The position numbers and the translations under genes were made by a program. Below the pieces are notes generated by a model. That model did not search any database. It was given only the letters and a program-made list of their open reading frames with translations, and was not told the origin of the DNA. 64,000 nt of DNA from the human T2T-CHM13v2.0 reference genome, Homo sapiens: NCBI RefSeq assembly GCF_009914755.1, contig NC_060925.1, one strand, 5' to 3'. Position 1 is the first letter of the stretch; each line of letters starts with the position of its first letter. Of this stretch, positions 42,219 to 59,245 are shown piece by piece.

Positions 42219-45200
42219 ACAATGAGAACATATGGGCACAGGGAGGGGAACATCACACACTGGGGGCAGGGGGAGGGATAGCATTACGAGAAATACCTAA
42301 TGATGACGGGTTGATGGCTGCAGCAAACCACTGTGGCACACGTATACCTTTGTAACAAACCTGTACATTCTGCACATGGATCCCAGAACTTAAAGTATAA
42401 GGAAGAAGAAGAAGGAGAAGGAGAAGGAGAAATAATATTAATAATGCTAGGGGCTACTGGGTTTAAGACCTAATAAACATATTGTGCATATGTAACAACA
42501 TACCCAATTTTACATAAGATTTAGGTCATCCTCAAAATCCTATGATGAAAAGGAAAATGACTGAATGGAAGGAAAACTATATTTGGAGGTTTTTTGTATT
42601 GATTTCAGATGATTTTTCCAAAATTATATTTGTTAGAGTATTTGCAAAATAAATTTTCTATAAAGTCAAGACAGATTGTCTTTCTTTGATCACTTTAATT
42701 ATATAATGACTCAGTGAGAAGGGAAACGAGACTTGTGATTTTGCCTATTCATCTCTCTAAATGACACAAATGCATCAAAGTACTAATAGCTTAGCCTTAA
42801 ATAGTTTGTTGTGGAATAGAATAACCCCTGGAGTTATTTCCAAAGCAGATTTTTTTTCTTTAGAAAATTTAACAATAAATGTCTCAAGGTCAGAAGGATG
42901 CAGTTGATCAGTGCTTAGAGCCCACAAAGATTGTCGCAGCCATGTTAAAACAATATTGTTAGTCTTCCCCCTCATTTCCTCAGAGGTGCACAATACTTTT
43001 CCCTCCCCACCCTGTGGCTCTCTTTCTAAAATTGTTCTGGACCTTTTGGGTCTTTCTATATTAAGACCGAAGGAAACTGGAACCGTTACTTGTTCTTTCT
43101 TATGAGCACTTTTCCTGGATGTGATAAACCGAGAGCAGCTTCCCATGAGGCTGTGAGCTCGTCAATCCCAGAGGCTTTATCTCACAAGAGTAAACTGCCT
43201 TCTTCCCTCCTGACTCCTTTCCCAGTATCTTCTTACTTCTTTAATGTCCCTCCACACTTACTGACTTTCCCACTACCTTCACAATTTACCAAAAAGCAAC
43301 ATGGGGCAAGGAGAAGAAAGGGAAAACAGAAACAATAGAACACCAATCCGAAGTTTCTTACCTGTTCTGAAATGGTGAGGCAGCTTTGTCAGCCACGCAC
43401 ACTTGGATAAACTCTTCTGGGTAATTGCTTTCTTGGAAGTTTGCTGGGTTGTAGAATCTTCTTCCCCTGAGTCCTACAAACTTCTGAAGTCCACGAAGTT
43501 ATGTTAAGAGGCTTAATTAACAGAACATATTATGTGTCACACGTATCAACATTTAATGAGAGGAATAAATGTGGCCAATAAGATTTCTGAGACAACCCTA
43601 CATTGCCACCACATATTTTCTGTCCCCATAGAGAAAATGAAAGGTGTCTTTCTTATTTCACTTTCCTCTGGAATTATGCTGGCCCTGTCATTTTCTCCAG
43701 TGATTACTTTTTGCAAATCTATAAGACAAGCTATTATTGCGGAAGGTTTATTTGGCTTTTCTTCAATCCACAGTACTGTTAATATTCCTTTCTTGATTTT
43801 TCTGAGGGTCAAGGAAGACCTGGTTTACTGCTGGAGGCTTTATTTTTTCCTCTTCTCTGTATTCTTTCTCCCATGCAAAAGTCATTTTCCATGTCTACTA
43901 CATTTCTCCAGAGCCCTCTCTGCTCTTGAGTTGAGTCTTCTACTGACTATCTGTAGTATAGCCTTGTAATAGAGTTTTATTATAAATTGAAATTAAAGTT
44001 GTCCCAAGTGTAACTCGAATTTCATCTCTCCCCATGCCAAGCCCTATTACCTCTCCAGTGTCGACAGAGAACCTTTCCTTCTTTCAGGTTGTGTAAAATT
44101 TGAAATCACACCTTCCAGACATAAGAGTGTGTCTTATGTCTCATGAGAGTGTGTACAGTGACAAGCAAATGAGGGGATGGAAAGATTCATTTTTCATATT
44201 TCCCTGCCTGTCCCCTCCTGCTTTCTACCTCCCAGGAGGAACAGTTGTGCTCACTTTGTGCAGTCCTTTAAGATATCTTTGCGGGAACAGTAGCAGGTTG
44301 GCTAATGGCTCAAAGGAACTTCTATGCTTCAGTCATCAAATATATCTCACTCTGTTTTCTTCTGTGAAACAAAAGCCATGCCACCTCCTAGCATACTTTA
44401 TGATTGCCTGATGGATAGTTTGCTTTGAAATAACATATTATTAACAGATGACTTATAAAATTGTCTTTGCAGATCTATAATGGAAAACAACTGTTATTTA
44501 AAAATAGAGCCTTAGATGAAACTTTTTATTATTTAATATAAATATATATATTCAATATAACATACTTGATGCTAGTTATCAAATATTAAATGACTTCGTG
44601 CTTTTTTATCCTACTTTAAACAAGTTCTGTGACGTTGACCAAGTCCGTTATGCTCTCTGGGCATCGGTTTCTGCATCTCTCAAATGTGTAAAGCTGAAAA
44701 ACAATTCTATTCCTTCTCTCATAGCTCCTTATTCTCTGCTTCTGTGAGTCTCATTCTGGTTTGGACACGCATGGTATGGACAATCAAAATCCACACATGA
44801 CCTCTGGTCCTCTTGTTAGCCAATAGATTTGATCTTCTCTTAAAACACTTTAACTCGATTGACTCAAAAGAAACCAAATGGACTATTTGGACACATTCTT
44901 TGCATCTTGCTCTGCTGACCTCATAGAGTTTTTATGAGCAATTAAAAGATCAAGGAGGGAGGAGAAGAAGCAGGAGAATCAAAGGCCTTAGTCCACTCAC
45001 AAGCTGGGTAGTCATTCCGAATCCTAAGTAAGTTGTCCTTCAGTCCTCAGTAGCCTGTGTACAGCTTCATCTCCTGTAGTACCACTGGAAATCCTGGATT
45101 TCCTCCGTAGAGTGGTTTTTAGCCTCTGTAAGCTATAAAGCTCAATGAGGTGATTGCTGTCCTCTGTGAAGATGAAGGCAGTTAAACGTCATCTGTAGGA

Positions 45201-45417
45201 GCCACCCACCTAGTCATGCTTCTGAGAATGGCACTAATGTGAATGGAGCCACGCGTCCCCACATCCTGTATTCTGGTGGGAATGCATGCATTCATTTGAG
45301 TAAAGATTGGGTGACAGTGCCCCAGGAGGAGTTGTCACATCTGTGGTTATGGAGCTATTTTCATTTATTTGTTTGTTCTGAAGTGAATGGATCATTTGTG
45401 AATTAAATAGTATTTTA

Positions 45418-45751
<334 letters not shown>

Positions 45752-46946
45752 TCAACACTTAATTTACTTACTTGATTTAAGTAAATTAAGCCAACATACA
45801 CTTGTTTATTACCTGCCTGAATGACCTATTGACCATGAGAATGAAATTTTATTGGTAGTGTAAAAAAAATTATGAAAGTTTGTTTACATTAATATCCAGC
45901 CTTCAGGGTGAACCACACTGAAGTTCTCCCTGATTGGGAAAAAATATACATATTTTTTCTTATCAGAATCTTATTTTTCTTATTTCAGAATCTTCAAGAG
46001 AAGTAGAATTTACTTTCCATGACCCCTACCACTTTGAAGAATATTTAGTAGTTGTTTTTTCTGGCACGTCTTTGTCAAAAGAATTATTTTTTATGCCAAA
46101 GAAACCTAAGAAGTATCCTAATGTCAGCACCTTCAAATGGAAAATGTTTCAAGAAGGCTTCTCATCATCAACCTGCTTTCATGTCCATTTTCATGTGAAT
46201 TGTTGATGGGAAAATAGAATTTCATCACTACCGTTGGTGAAGACATTCCTAAGAACACAGAGTTAGTGCATGCAGTTACCTGGGGGGGTTGGGAGGGGGT
46301 GGGGGAAGAGGGCTTGCAGAACTTTATAGCAGCCCAGGCTCACTAAGATTTGCTATGTCCACTTATACACCTTATGAAGTCCTCTATGCCATGGCAAGTT
46401 CTCTTGGGAGTCACACCTTCATTTCTTGGGTCCCCTTGGGTTTTTCAGACCACCACTTATTAGTCACATGATCATTAAAAAGTAAATGCACCTCTCTGAC
46501 ATCAATTCTTAGTTTGAGAAATAGAATAATAATTCGGACCCAGCCTACCTCAAAGGCCCATTATCAAGGTCAAAAATGATGTATGTGATGAGCTTTTTAA
46601 AAGTAAAATTTATGAAGCAAACACGAAGTAGTGAATTGTGGTGATATCAACATTTTGATACAAAACTCACTTGGTTTAGTAATTTGAAGAGGATGCCATC
46701 TATATCTTTTTATAACCGGGAGCTTTTGATACCTTTTTCCTAAACTACAAAACTCATAGAACCTTCGTTAGCTTCTCTGTGCCCCAGCCCTTCAATAAAT
46801 TGACATCACAATAGAGGTTAAAATAAGGCAAACTCACAGTGGCCTAGAGATACGTGTTTGTGTGTGTCTGTGTGTGTGCATTTAAGAAGATGCACGTGTA
46901 CCTTTGACCTAGCACCTACCTGTGTTCATACAATTAAAAAAGAAAT

Positions 46947-47206
46947 AATGACTCATTAAGCAAACAAGTTCTAGAAAAAAATACTCATTTAATACAATCA
47001 CAGTGACTTCCTCACTGTTTCCACTTCATTGCTCCTTATGTGAGTAAAAACAACATGCTAAATGGAGACTTTCAGGACCCCGTGGGACCAATTAATGCCA
47101 CGTGACTTCCTCCCTGCCTTCCATGAAAATAACTATATTATAATGGTCTGTGATATTAATATCAGCTTTGGAAAAGTCAGGCAGTGACTCCATAGGGAAG
47201 GAAGTG
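46947..47206. promoter_or_regulatory. Candidate enhancer motif cluster (AP-1, forkhead, E-box, ETS)
   Basis: aaTGACTCAtt 46947-46957, agcaaaca, GCCACGTGAC 47097-47106 overlapping acttcc, aggaagtg 47199-47206; unique DNA. Motif evidence only. Confidence 0.35.
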
Positions 47207-47759
47207 GCCTGTGCAAGAACTGTGGAATGTGCAGTATTTGACAGACTGGAGGCCACATCTTTTTATAAGCTACATCACAGAGTTAAACAAGGTGGGGGCA
47301 CCAACTGGGCTAGTGGGTTAATTCAGGTTAAAAGGCCACCAGGGTAGTCTATCTCTGATCTTGAACTCCAAGAAAATGTGGTTACTGGGGGGAGTTTTGG
47401 AAATTAAAGTTCTCAGAAATAAAACCATTTCCAAAGCATTATTTTCCTCTGAATTTCTCCAGATTTCTGCCCACCACAGAGGCAGGATGTATTTTGACAA
47501 CCTCTGTTTGTATTGGAGGGTAGACCTGGGATGAGGAGTGGTGGGTACACCTCCCAAGTGTGTTGGCAGCTTGATGGGGTTTTCCAGTGACAGTGGAGCA
47601 CAGCAGAACCAAAGGGAATGTGAGCCACAACACTGGTAGCCAGTCCAGGCTTCCTTCAAATGCAGTTATAGGAATCCCAGGCCCATGCAACACCCAGGCC
47701 CCATCCTAGTCCCACTCCCTGCTGGGTCCTGGAGAGATTCAGTGTTCTCCCTGTGGCTA

Positions 47760-50100
<2,341 letters not shown>

Positions 50101-50102
50101 GA

Positions 50103-50945
<843 letters not shown>

Positions 50946-51540
50946 CAATTCTCATTATTTGTGCAATGATGCAAAGGCTCGAGATGCCATTTATTCCACT
51001 TGGAAAGTCTAAATGAAGCCTTTTTCTCATGAAATTGGAAGATATCATGGTCACTTTGGGGTTGGTTACTGCCTTGGTAAACACTCCTATTTTCACCAAA
51101 GGCTTGAGTACCTGACTTTCCATGTAGTGGCTGTCTATCCTCTCTCTTTCTTTCTGTATAAAAGGGCCTTTCTCTTAGAGAACATGGCATTTTCTTTTTC
51201 TTAAGACATGGTTAGGAGACAATATGAAGAAATCATCACTATAAAGCAAGCAGAATTTTTCTTGAAGTAATTCCAGCTATTGTTTGGGGACTGATTAGAT
51301 GCACTCTGACTACCTTGATTCAAGGTGAGTTCTTTTTCCATCCAGTTAAAGTTATGCTAACTTGCCTTCCATTTTTATAATGTAAAGTTTACTTCCTAAA
51401 GTTGTCAATTAGTGCCAATATATTCCGACCCTCTTCTTCCCATATAGCCCCTTGGGACATTAAATATTTTATCTCCTTGGTGTTCCTTACCCTAACACAA
51501 TTAAACTCCCCCTGGTAAAAACACAGGGAATTTGGGAGCC

Positions 51541-51646
51541 TTAGCCATAGACACATAGTTTTATATAGACAGAAGTCCACTCAGTAATACAATTAGCCAT
51601 AGACACATAGTTTTATATAGACAGAAGTCCACTCAGTAATACAATT
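51541..51646. repeat. Perfect 52-bp tandem duplication
   Basis: ttagccatagacacatagttttatatagacagaagtccactcagtaatacaa at 51541-51592 and 51593-51644. Confidence 0.97.
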
Positions 51647-51734
51647 TACGTTAGACCTCTTGAACTAAAAGGGCCCTTTGAGAATAAAGAAAACACAACA
51701 TCTTTTTCATGGAAAATGTAAAATTCATGTAAAT

Positions 51735-52205
51735 TTTTCATTCAACAAATGAATACATCCCATGTAATCAACACCTCTGTTAAGATAAAATACATTTTCA
51801 TCACCAGAAATTTTTTAAATTTTTGAGCAGCTATTCTGCACCAGGCATTACCCTAGTCTCTGGAGATTTATATATGAACAAACTAAAATACCTTACACTT
51901 ACTTTGTGAAATATTAATTATAAACAAATAATTAATCTATGTCCAAAGGTGACAAGTACTATCAAGAGAAACAGAGCAGGGTAAAGGCTTTGGGAGAGTG
52001 CCAGAAACATGCTTGGATGTTCAAGAATCTAAGCAAAAGCCACTGCAACTGCAGAGTGAGCAATAGGGAGAAGATGAGGTTCAGTGGGGAAGCAGAATGT
52101 GTAGGGCCTTGAGACTATTGTAAGAAGTTAGGCTTTGGCTTTGAGATGGAAAGACATTTGAGAATTTGGAACCAAAGGATAATATTATCTGACTTACTTT
52201 TTCTC
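51735..52205 (-). mobile_element. L2 element with a 70-bp foreign insert
   Basis: ttcattcaacaaat...ttttgagcagctattctgcaccaggcatt...gtagggccttgagactattgtaagaagttaggcttt. Confidence 0.7.
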
Positions 52206-52214
52206 AAGGCAAGT

Positions 52215-52920
52215 ACGGTTTTTAAAAATTGGGATAAAATTTGCATACAATAAAACTACAGATTATTAAACGCACTCTCGGGTAAATCTGTCAAATGCAT
52301 ACATCCCATGGAGTCAACCTCTCTTAAAATAACATACATTTTCATTACTCCAGAAATGTTTCAATTTCCCTTCCCAGTCAATTCCTGCTCCCAAGAAACT
52401 GCCATTCTGATTTGTGTCATAAAAAATTAGTTATATTTGTTCTAGAATTTCATTTAAATAGAATCATATGATGTCTACTCTCATATGGCTGGCTTCTTCC
52501 ACTCACAAAATGTTTTTGACAGTTGTTTATGTTGTTGTATAAACCAGTAGTTATTCATTTTATTACTGAATAATATCCTATTCTATGACTATACCACAAG
52601 TTATTCCTCCAGCACATTGATGATAGTTATTTGGATTATTCTGTTTGTTTTGTTTATTTTTGCCATTATTAATAAAGCTTCTGTGAACACTGTTGTCATG
52701 ACTTCCTTGGAGGTATGTTTTTATTTCTCTTTGGTAAATACTTAGAACTGCAATTTATGGGTCATAGGGTAAATATAAGTTTAACCTGTAAGAAACTGTC
52801 CAGCAGTTTTTCAAAGAGGTTATACCATTTTATACTTCCATCATCGATGTAGTAGAGTCCTGGTTCTCCAAATGCTCCAGAACGTTTGGTGTTGTCAGCC
52901 TTTTGAATTTTAGCCACATC
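52215..52920 (-). mobile_element. L1MB/MC 3' fragment
   Basis: gttctagaatttcatttaaatagaatcata; gggtcatagggtaaatataagtttaac; ttataccattttatacttccatca. Confidence 0.75.
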
Positions 52921-52924
52921 ATTT

Positions 52925-54750
52925 ACTTCTTAAATATTATAAACTTCACCTCATAATGCTATTAGTTTGGCTTTAAAATGTCAGTTTCTTTTAAGGAAAT
53001 TGTACAAGGGAACTAAATATAATATTTTATAGTAACTACATAGTTATTATTTCTGCTATTCTTTTTTTCTTCTTATGGATTCTAATTGTTATCTGCTAAC
53101 ATTTATCTTCACTCTGAAGAAAATCCTTTGGGACTTCTTGCAATAAATTCTCTGAACTTTCGCTTATTTGATGATGTTATTATTTCACTCTATTTTATTT
53201 GATTATAGAATTCGGTGTTGATAGTGAGATTTTTTTTTTCCTTTTGTTATTTCAAAGATGACATTCCACTATCTTTTCTCTGACATTGTTTCTGATAAAA
53301 AATCAGCTGTCATTTCTATCACCATTCCTCTCTATATAAAGCATCTTTCCTTTGCCTGCTTTCAAGATTTTTCTCTACTTCCTTGGTTTTCAGCAGCTTG
53401 ATTATGATATACCTAGGTGCTGTTTTCTTTGTATTTTGTCTGCTTGGGATTTACTGGGCTTTTTAATCTGTAAATTGACATTTTTGAAAAAAAATCTGGG
53501 AAATTGTAAGTTTTTACTTCCCCTTCTGAGGCTCCAAACACATGTATATGAGATAGTTGTAACTGTTCCATAAGTAACTGAGCCTGTATTTAATTTTCTT
53601 CAATTGTTATTTTTCTGATAGCCTGTCATTTCTAGTCTACTATTTTTCTGCCATTTCCATCATCCGTTGAATTTAATTTGAATTATTATTCCAGTTTATT
53701 CATTTTTATTTGATTATTTTGTAGTTTCATTTCTTGTTGATATATTCACTCATTAATGCCATAGCTCCTTTAATAATTTGAACATGTTCCTTAAAGTCTT
53801 AGTCTAATATATCCAACATCTGGTCTATCCTGGGGTGAATATCCATTACTTGCTTTTTTCTTGATTGTGAGTCATACTTTTTTTCTTTGAATATCTCAAT
53901 ATTTCTGATTGTGTGCTCAACTTAGTAAATGATACATTGTAGAGTATCTGAAGAGTGCTGAATTTTGTTTTAATAGGAAGTTCAATGACTAGTAGTTTAC
54001 ATTACACTCACATAGGCTTGGTTTTATTTTTTATTATAATGGCAGATTTATAGAAAGCCCAAAGCATTTCCCAAGATCCTTTAACTTGGCAGTGAGGGAA
54101 AGCAATCTCCAATTGTGCTTCCTTTAAGGCTTTTGTCTGGGCTTAGTTTTAAGCATCTTTAGGGCAGGTATAGAATAGAAATTACTCTAAAGTGTGGTTC
54201 TAACTTTTAAGGCTTGGCCTCACTGTCATCTCAGACAGTTTCCTGATATTAATGAATTGTTGATAGAGCTTCTCCATTCTGGCTGTGGAGAGTCCCACTC
54301 CAATATCCCCAAGTACTGCTCATTTTTCTATCTCTGTTTCACTCTCAAAACCTTAGCGGCCACTCTCTTGATGGCCTCGACTAGTCTTTCCTCATGCGTG
54401 TTTAGCCTGGCCATCAACAAAGGACTCACAGTTTCCCTCACTTGGGTACTTGAACAGTTCACCTTTTTCTGATTACCTATTCTTTAGATTCCAGTGGCTT
54501 TATTATCCTAGACTCTGATATCTGCTTAGTTAACTCAGTGGGACTATTCTACTCTACTTGGATTCCAGCTCCATGCATTATGATTGTGAACTTGTCCCTG
54601 GCACAATTGTGTGGCTTGCCACATGTGCTTCCTTTTTCCCTTAGGAATCAGTGTTTCACTGCTCATCCAATGCCTGATAACTATTCTCCCATAATTTTTC
54701 CCGTCTTATGGTTGTTTATAAGGACGAATTACTTTGTTATAGCCAGAAAG
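52925..54750 (-). mobile_element. Ancient L1M/HAL1 ORF1-5' region
   Basis: tgacattgtttctgataaaaaatcagctgtc; gctttcaagatttttctctacttccttggttttcagcagcttgattatgatatacctagg. Confidence 0.6.
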
Positions 54751-54758
54751 AAAGACAT

Positions 54759-55476
54759 CTTTTTTATAATTGACCCATAAAAATTGCATATGTTTATGTT
54801 GTACAAGATGATGTTTTGATATATGTATACATTGTGAAATGGCTAATCAAGTGTTAATATATGCATTAGTAGCATACTTATAATTTTTTGTGGTAAGAAA
54901 ACAAAATTTACTCTCTAAGCAATTTCCAAGTGTGCAACATATTGTTATTAACTGTAGTCATCATGTTGTGTAATAGATCTTTTGAACTTATTCCTTCTAT
55001 CTCTGAAATTTTGTATCCTTCGACCAACATGTCCCTAGTCCTTCCTCCCCCCAGTCTCTGGTAACCACCATTCTACTATCTGTCCTGTGAGTTTGACTTT
55101 CTTAAATTCCACATGTAAGTGAGATCATATGGTATTTTTCTGTGGCTGGCTTATTTCACTTAACATAATGTCTCCAGGTTCATTCATGTGTCACAAATGA
55201 GGGATTTCTGTTTTCAAGGCTGAATAGTGTTCCATTGTGTATATATACCACCTTTTCTTGATCCATTTATCCATTTTTGGACACTTAGGTTGATTCCATA
55301 TCTTGGCTATTGTGAATAATGCTGTTATGAGCATGGGGATGCAGATATCTCTTTCATGTACTGATTCCATTTTCTTTGGAACATATACTCAAAAGACAGT
55401 GGAATTGCTGGGTTATTTGGCATTTCTATTTTTAATTTTCTGAAGAACTTCTATACTGTTTTCCATAATGGCTGTC
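54759..55476 (-). mobile_element. L1MA-like 3' end
   Basis: gatatatgtatacattgtgaaatggcta...ttaactgtagtcatcatgttgtgtaatagatc...gacacttaggttgattccatatcttggctattgtgaataatgc. Confidence 0.85.
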
Positions 55477-55720
55477 CAGAGGAATGTTCTTGTTAAGCAT
55501 TTTTCTCCACTCCACAAATGGTTTTAATACATTTGGTCTATGGGCCACACTGCCTTTGATACTATTCTGAGCCTGGATAATTAGCCTCTCCTTTTTCTAT
55601 AGGAAATTTTATTTTTAGAACTATAGCTCTTCTTTGTTACTGGAGTTTCATCAGGATCATCCTCACCTACCCCAAATCATCTCACAAGCTACAAATCCTG
55701 GTTTAAGTTGTAGGTTTCTT

Positions 55721-56121
<401 letters not shown>

Positions 56122-56646
56122 CTACCTTCCCTCTGTCCACTACTGTGTATAGCAAATGAGCAATATACAAACAACAAAAAGTTCTATCAAATATTGATTG
56201 CAGGGCAATGGGTACTTAGTTGCCCTATATTAGCATTGTCCAAGTGACTATTCTCTAACTTAAGCGAAACAAATGTACTCCACTACATTTTGCTAAAGAC
56301 TCAGTGACTCTGAATTGTCAAGGGATATACCCTAGCTAACATGGCTGGCCAGGGACCGATCTGGCTATGGTCCTGGTTGTCTGACTCTCAGAAGATGCTT
56401 TTTCCATGCATGCACTTCACAACAAATTTCTCAGATTGGCCAGTCCCTTAACAGGGTTCAATGAGACTGGCAAGAGGACCTGGAAGTTATAATCTGGTTG
56501 TGGTGATGATGGTGATTTACATGTATATGTGTAGTGTATATGTGTGGCAGTGGGCAAGATGTAGTTGTAGATGGCATAGGAAAAAAAGTTCTAAAGCTGA
56601 GGCTGCTGCTCTTGGTAGACAGGAACTAGAAAGAATTCTAAGTCCC

Positions 56647-57195
56647 TGTGATGGTTAATATTGAGTGTCAACTCGATTGAATTAAAGGATGCAAAGTATT
56701 GTTCTTGGGTGTGTCTGTGAGGGTGTTGCCAAAAGAGATTAACACCTGAGTCAGTAAATTGGGAGAGGCTGATCCACCCTCAATCTGGATAGGTGTAATA
56801 TAATCAGCTGCCAGTGAGGCTAGAATAAAAGCAGGCAGAAGAACGTGGAAGGACTAGGCTGGCTAAGTCTTCTGGCCTTCATCTTTTCCCCCTGCTGGAT
56901 GCTTCCTGCCCTCGAACATCGGACTCTTAAGTTCTTCAGCTTTTGGACTCTTAGATTTATACCAGTGATTTGCCAAGGGCTCTCAGGCCTTTGACCACAG
57001 ACCAAAGGCTGCACTGTTGGCTTCTCTACTTTTGAAGTTTTGGGACTCGGATTGGTTTCCTTGCTCCTGTTTGCAGACAGCCTATCGTGGGACTTCACCT
57101 TGTGATGTTGTGAATCAATACCCCTTAATAAATTCCCTTTCATATATATGTCTATCCTATTAGTCCTGTCCCTCTAGAGAACACTGACTAATGCA
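56647..57195 (+). mobile_element. MLT2A1/2 (HERV-L) solo LTR
   Basis: tgtgatggttaatattgagtgtcaact...ggatgcaaagtattgttcttgggtgtgtctgtgagggtgttgcc...tagtcctgtccctctagagaacactgactaatgca. Confidence 0.92.
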
Positions 57196-59014
57196 AACTG
57201 GGAATAGAGAAGGGTGCTATTGGGACTGGTCTGGTCTAGATGTCTTTCAAGGAACTAGAAAAGTAAGTCCCTGAGAGTCCCCTAAGTTAAGGTGAGGGAG
57301 TTGCCTTCAGTCAGCTCCTTGTGCCTCTCTAGTTGTTTTCACATTAACAGTATCTCTGATGATACCCATCTTCCTTGCCTTCTGCACAGAAGAACATTTA
57401 TTTCCAGACTTGAACTTTGTGCTGGCAGTAACGGAAACTCCCCAGATGAGGCTTGAGTGGGCTTATGGGGCCTCTGGGCAGCCTCTCTCTCCTACCTGTC
57501 CACGGGGCTTTCGCTGGGCAGGTTGGTGGCGGAAGGGGCTGGAAGCAATGGTTCAGGATGGCTTTTTGCCTCTACTTCCTCTTTCCCTCCTCAAAGATAC
57601 TCAGTGTCCATCCCTGTGTGAAGCAATCTCCGCTGAGAGAATGCACCCAAGCAGCGATGAGGGCAGGGGAGCTGCGGGGTCTCCATGTGCCCCTATATTC
57701 TTCCGCTAGTGTACTGTAGCATTGTTGCAGCCACATACGCGAAGCCCATGGGGAGCCCCTCGGCAGGGAGGCTTTGATGATTTCTTCAGACACACGGAGC
57801 AGACTGACAAATTGACTTTCAAGTGAAAGGTCAGAGCCCAGGACTGAAAGGGTAGAGCATCTGGATTCACAATTAAAACGCCTACCGAGTACACTTTGCA
57901 GCTCTGGCGTCTCGTCGTGTAGGAGGTGCTGTCAGAGGGACTTATTTGGCAGCTGTTTCTGACTCTGGATTGGGATTGAAGAAAATAAAAATTCCTTGTG
58001 GTTGTCTGTGCGTGTGTGTGTGGCGCACCTGAAACCATGTGTGGGTGTTTCAAGAGAAACCTTGCTCTTTGGCAAAAGCAAGCACAGCTAACTTTTGCTA
58101 ACTCAGTTCTGCCCTAGAGCTGACCTCCAGAATGGTCTGTCCAGAGTGAGTGAATCCTCAGAAGAGTTGGCTGGTTCATCACTGTGCTGGCCTTATAAAA
58201 CTGCGGATTAAACAACGCTGTGGACGGAGGTTAATCACTGATTTACTCTGTAATCTTGGCAAGTTTTCTTTTAGGATGTATAAAAGGGCTGCACCCAGAC
58301 ACCTGCAGAATGGAAATGTACTTGCTCTTCCAGTTGAAAAGACAGCCTGACCCCACTGATGCCTTTCCTCTATTATTAGTTGGTCGCAGGAATATTTGTT
58401 CTATTTCCAGTTTGCAGAATGTTTCCATACCCAAGGATATAGTGAGAGCAAACAGGCTATCCCTAATAAGTGCCTGAGTGCCCCATAACCCCAAAAGGTG
58501 CTCGATAGCTGGGGGCTCAGTAAACCCAAAGCTCAGCTTTCTCAGGATGCTTTATCTGCCCAGAACTTGCTTTTGAGTTCTTACTGACATAATCAAGCAG
58601 GTAGATGATAAAACCCTGTAGTGACACCATTCATTGTGGCTTGTTTACTTTACTCCCCTTCGCAGCAGTCAGCCCGGCAGGAGGTCTCTAAAACACTCCG
58701 TTGAATGATGGGATGCAAACCTCTCTCCACAGTTGAGGCTCTCTGCTTCTCCTGCTACCTCACACAGGCGCAGGTGGTTTCACTTTGGGGGGCACTTAGG
58801 AAGGGATATTTATAGCTCACTCTTCCTCTTCCTCCTCCTCCTAGCAAGCAGTCAAAATAATAAAATTAAGCTTGTGGTAGAAAGCGTTGGAGAGGGTTGC
58901 TAGAAAGAGAGGGACAGAGACGGAGGATTCAGAGGCTCTTGATTGGAAAGGACCAGCATTTTCCAATAAGTCAAAATAACAGCAAAGTCTGAGCTCCTGG
59001 CTGCACTGGTTGGG

Positions 59015-59245
59015 AGACAAGAATCCCTTTGCTTAATCCGACTTATGTGGCTTACTACCTACATGACCTTGGGCATGTTATTTAACCTATCCGTGCCTCA
59101 GTTTCCCTTTCTGCAATATGAGGATAATAAGGCCTATCTCACAGAGTTGTTGCAAGGATTAAATTAGCTAACACGTGAAATGTTTAGAACTGTCTCTAGC
59201 ACATAGTAAGCACTACACGACTCTTGGCAAACGTCATTAATTTTA
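59015..59245 (+). mobile_element. MIR SINE
   Basis: tgaccttgggcatgttatttaacctatccgtgcctcagtttccctttctgcaatatgaggataataa...gcacatagtaagcact. Confidence 0.8.

Noticed and set aside
43532-43969. 145-aa hydrophobic ORF resembling a membrane protein
   Set aside because: Hydrophobicity follows from T-rich composition; no family motif recognised.
43356-45200. Minus-strand exon candidates (CAG/GTAAGA donor at 43362; 45001-45192 exon)
   Set aside because: Weak or missing acceptors and no recognisable coding frame; not distinguishable from chance.
45934-46206. ORF following a strong acceptor (ttatttcag)
   Set aside because: No matching donor or recognisable protein similarity.
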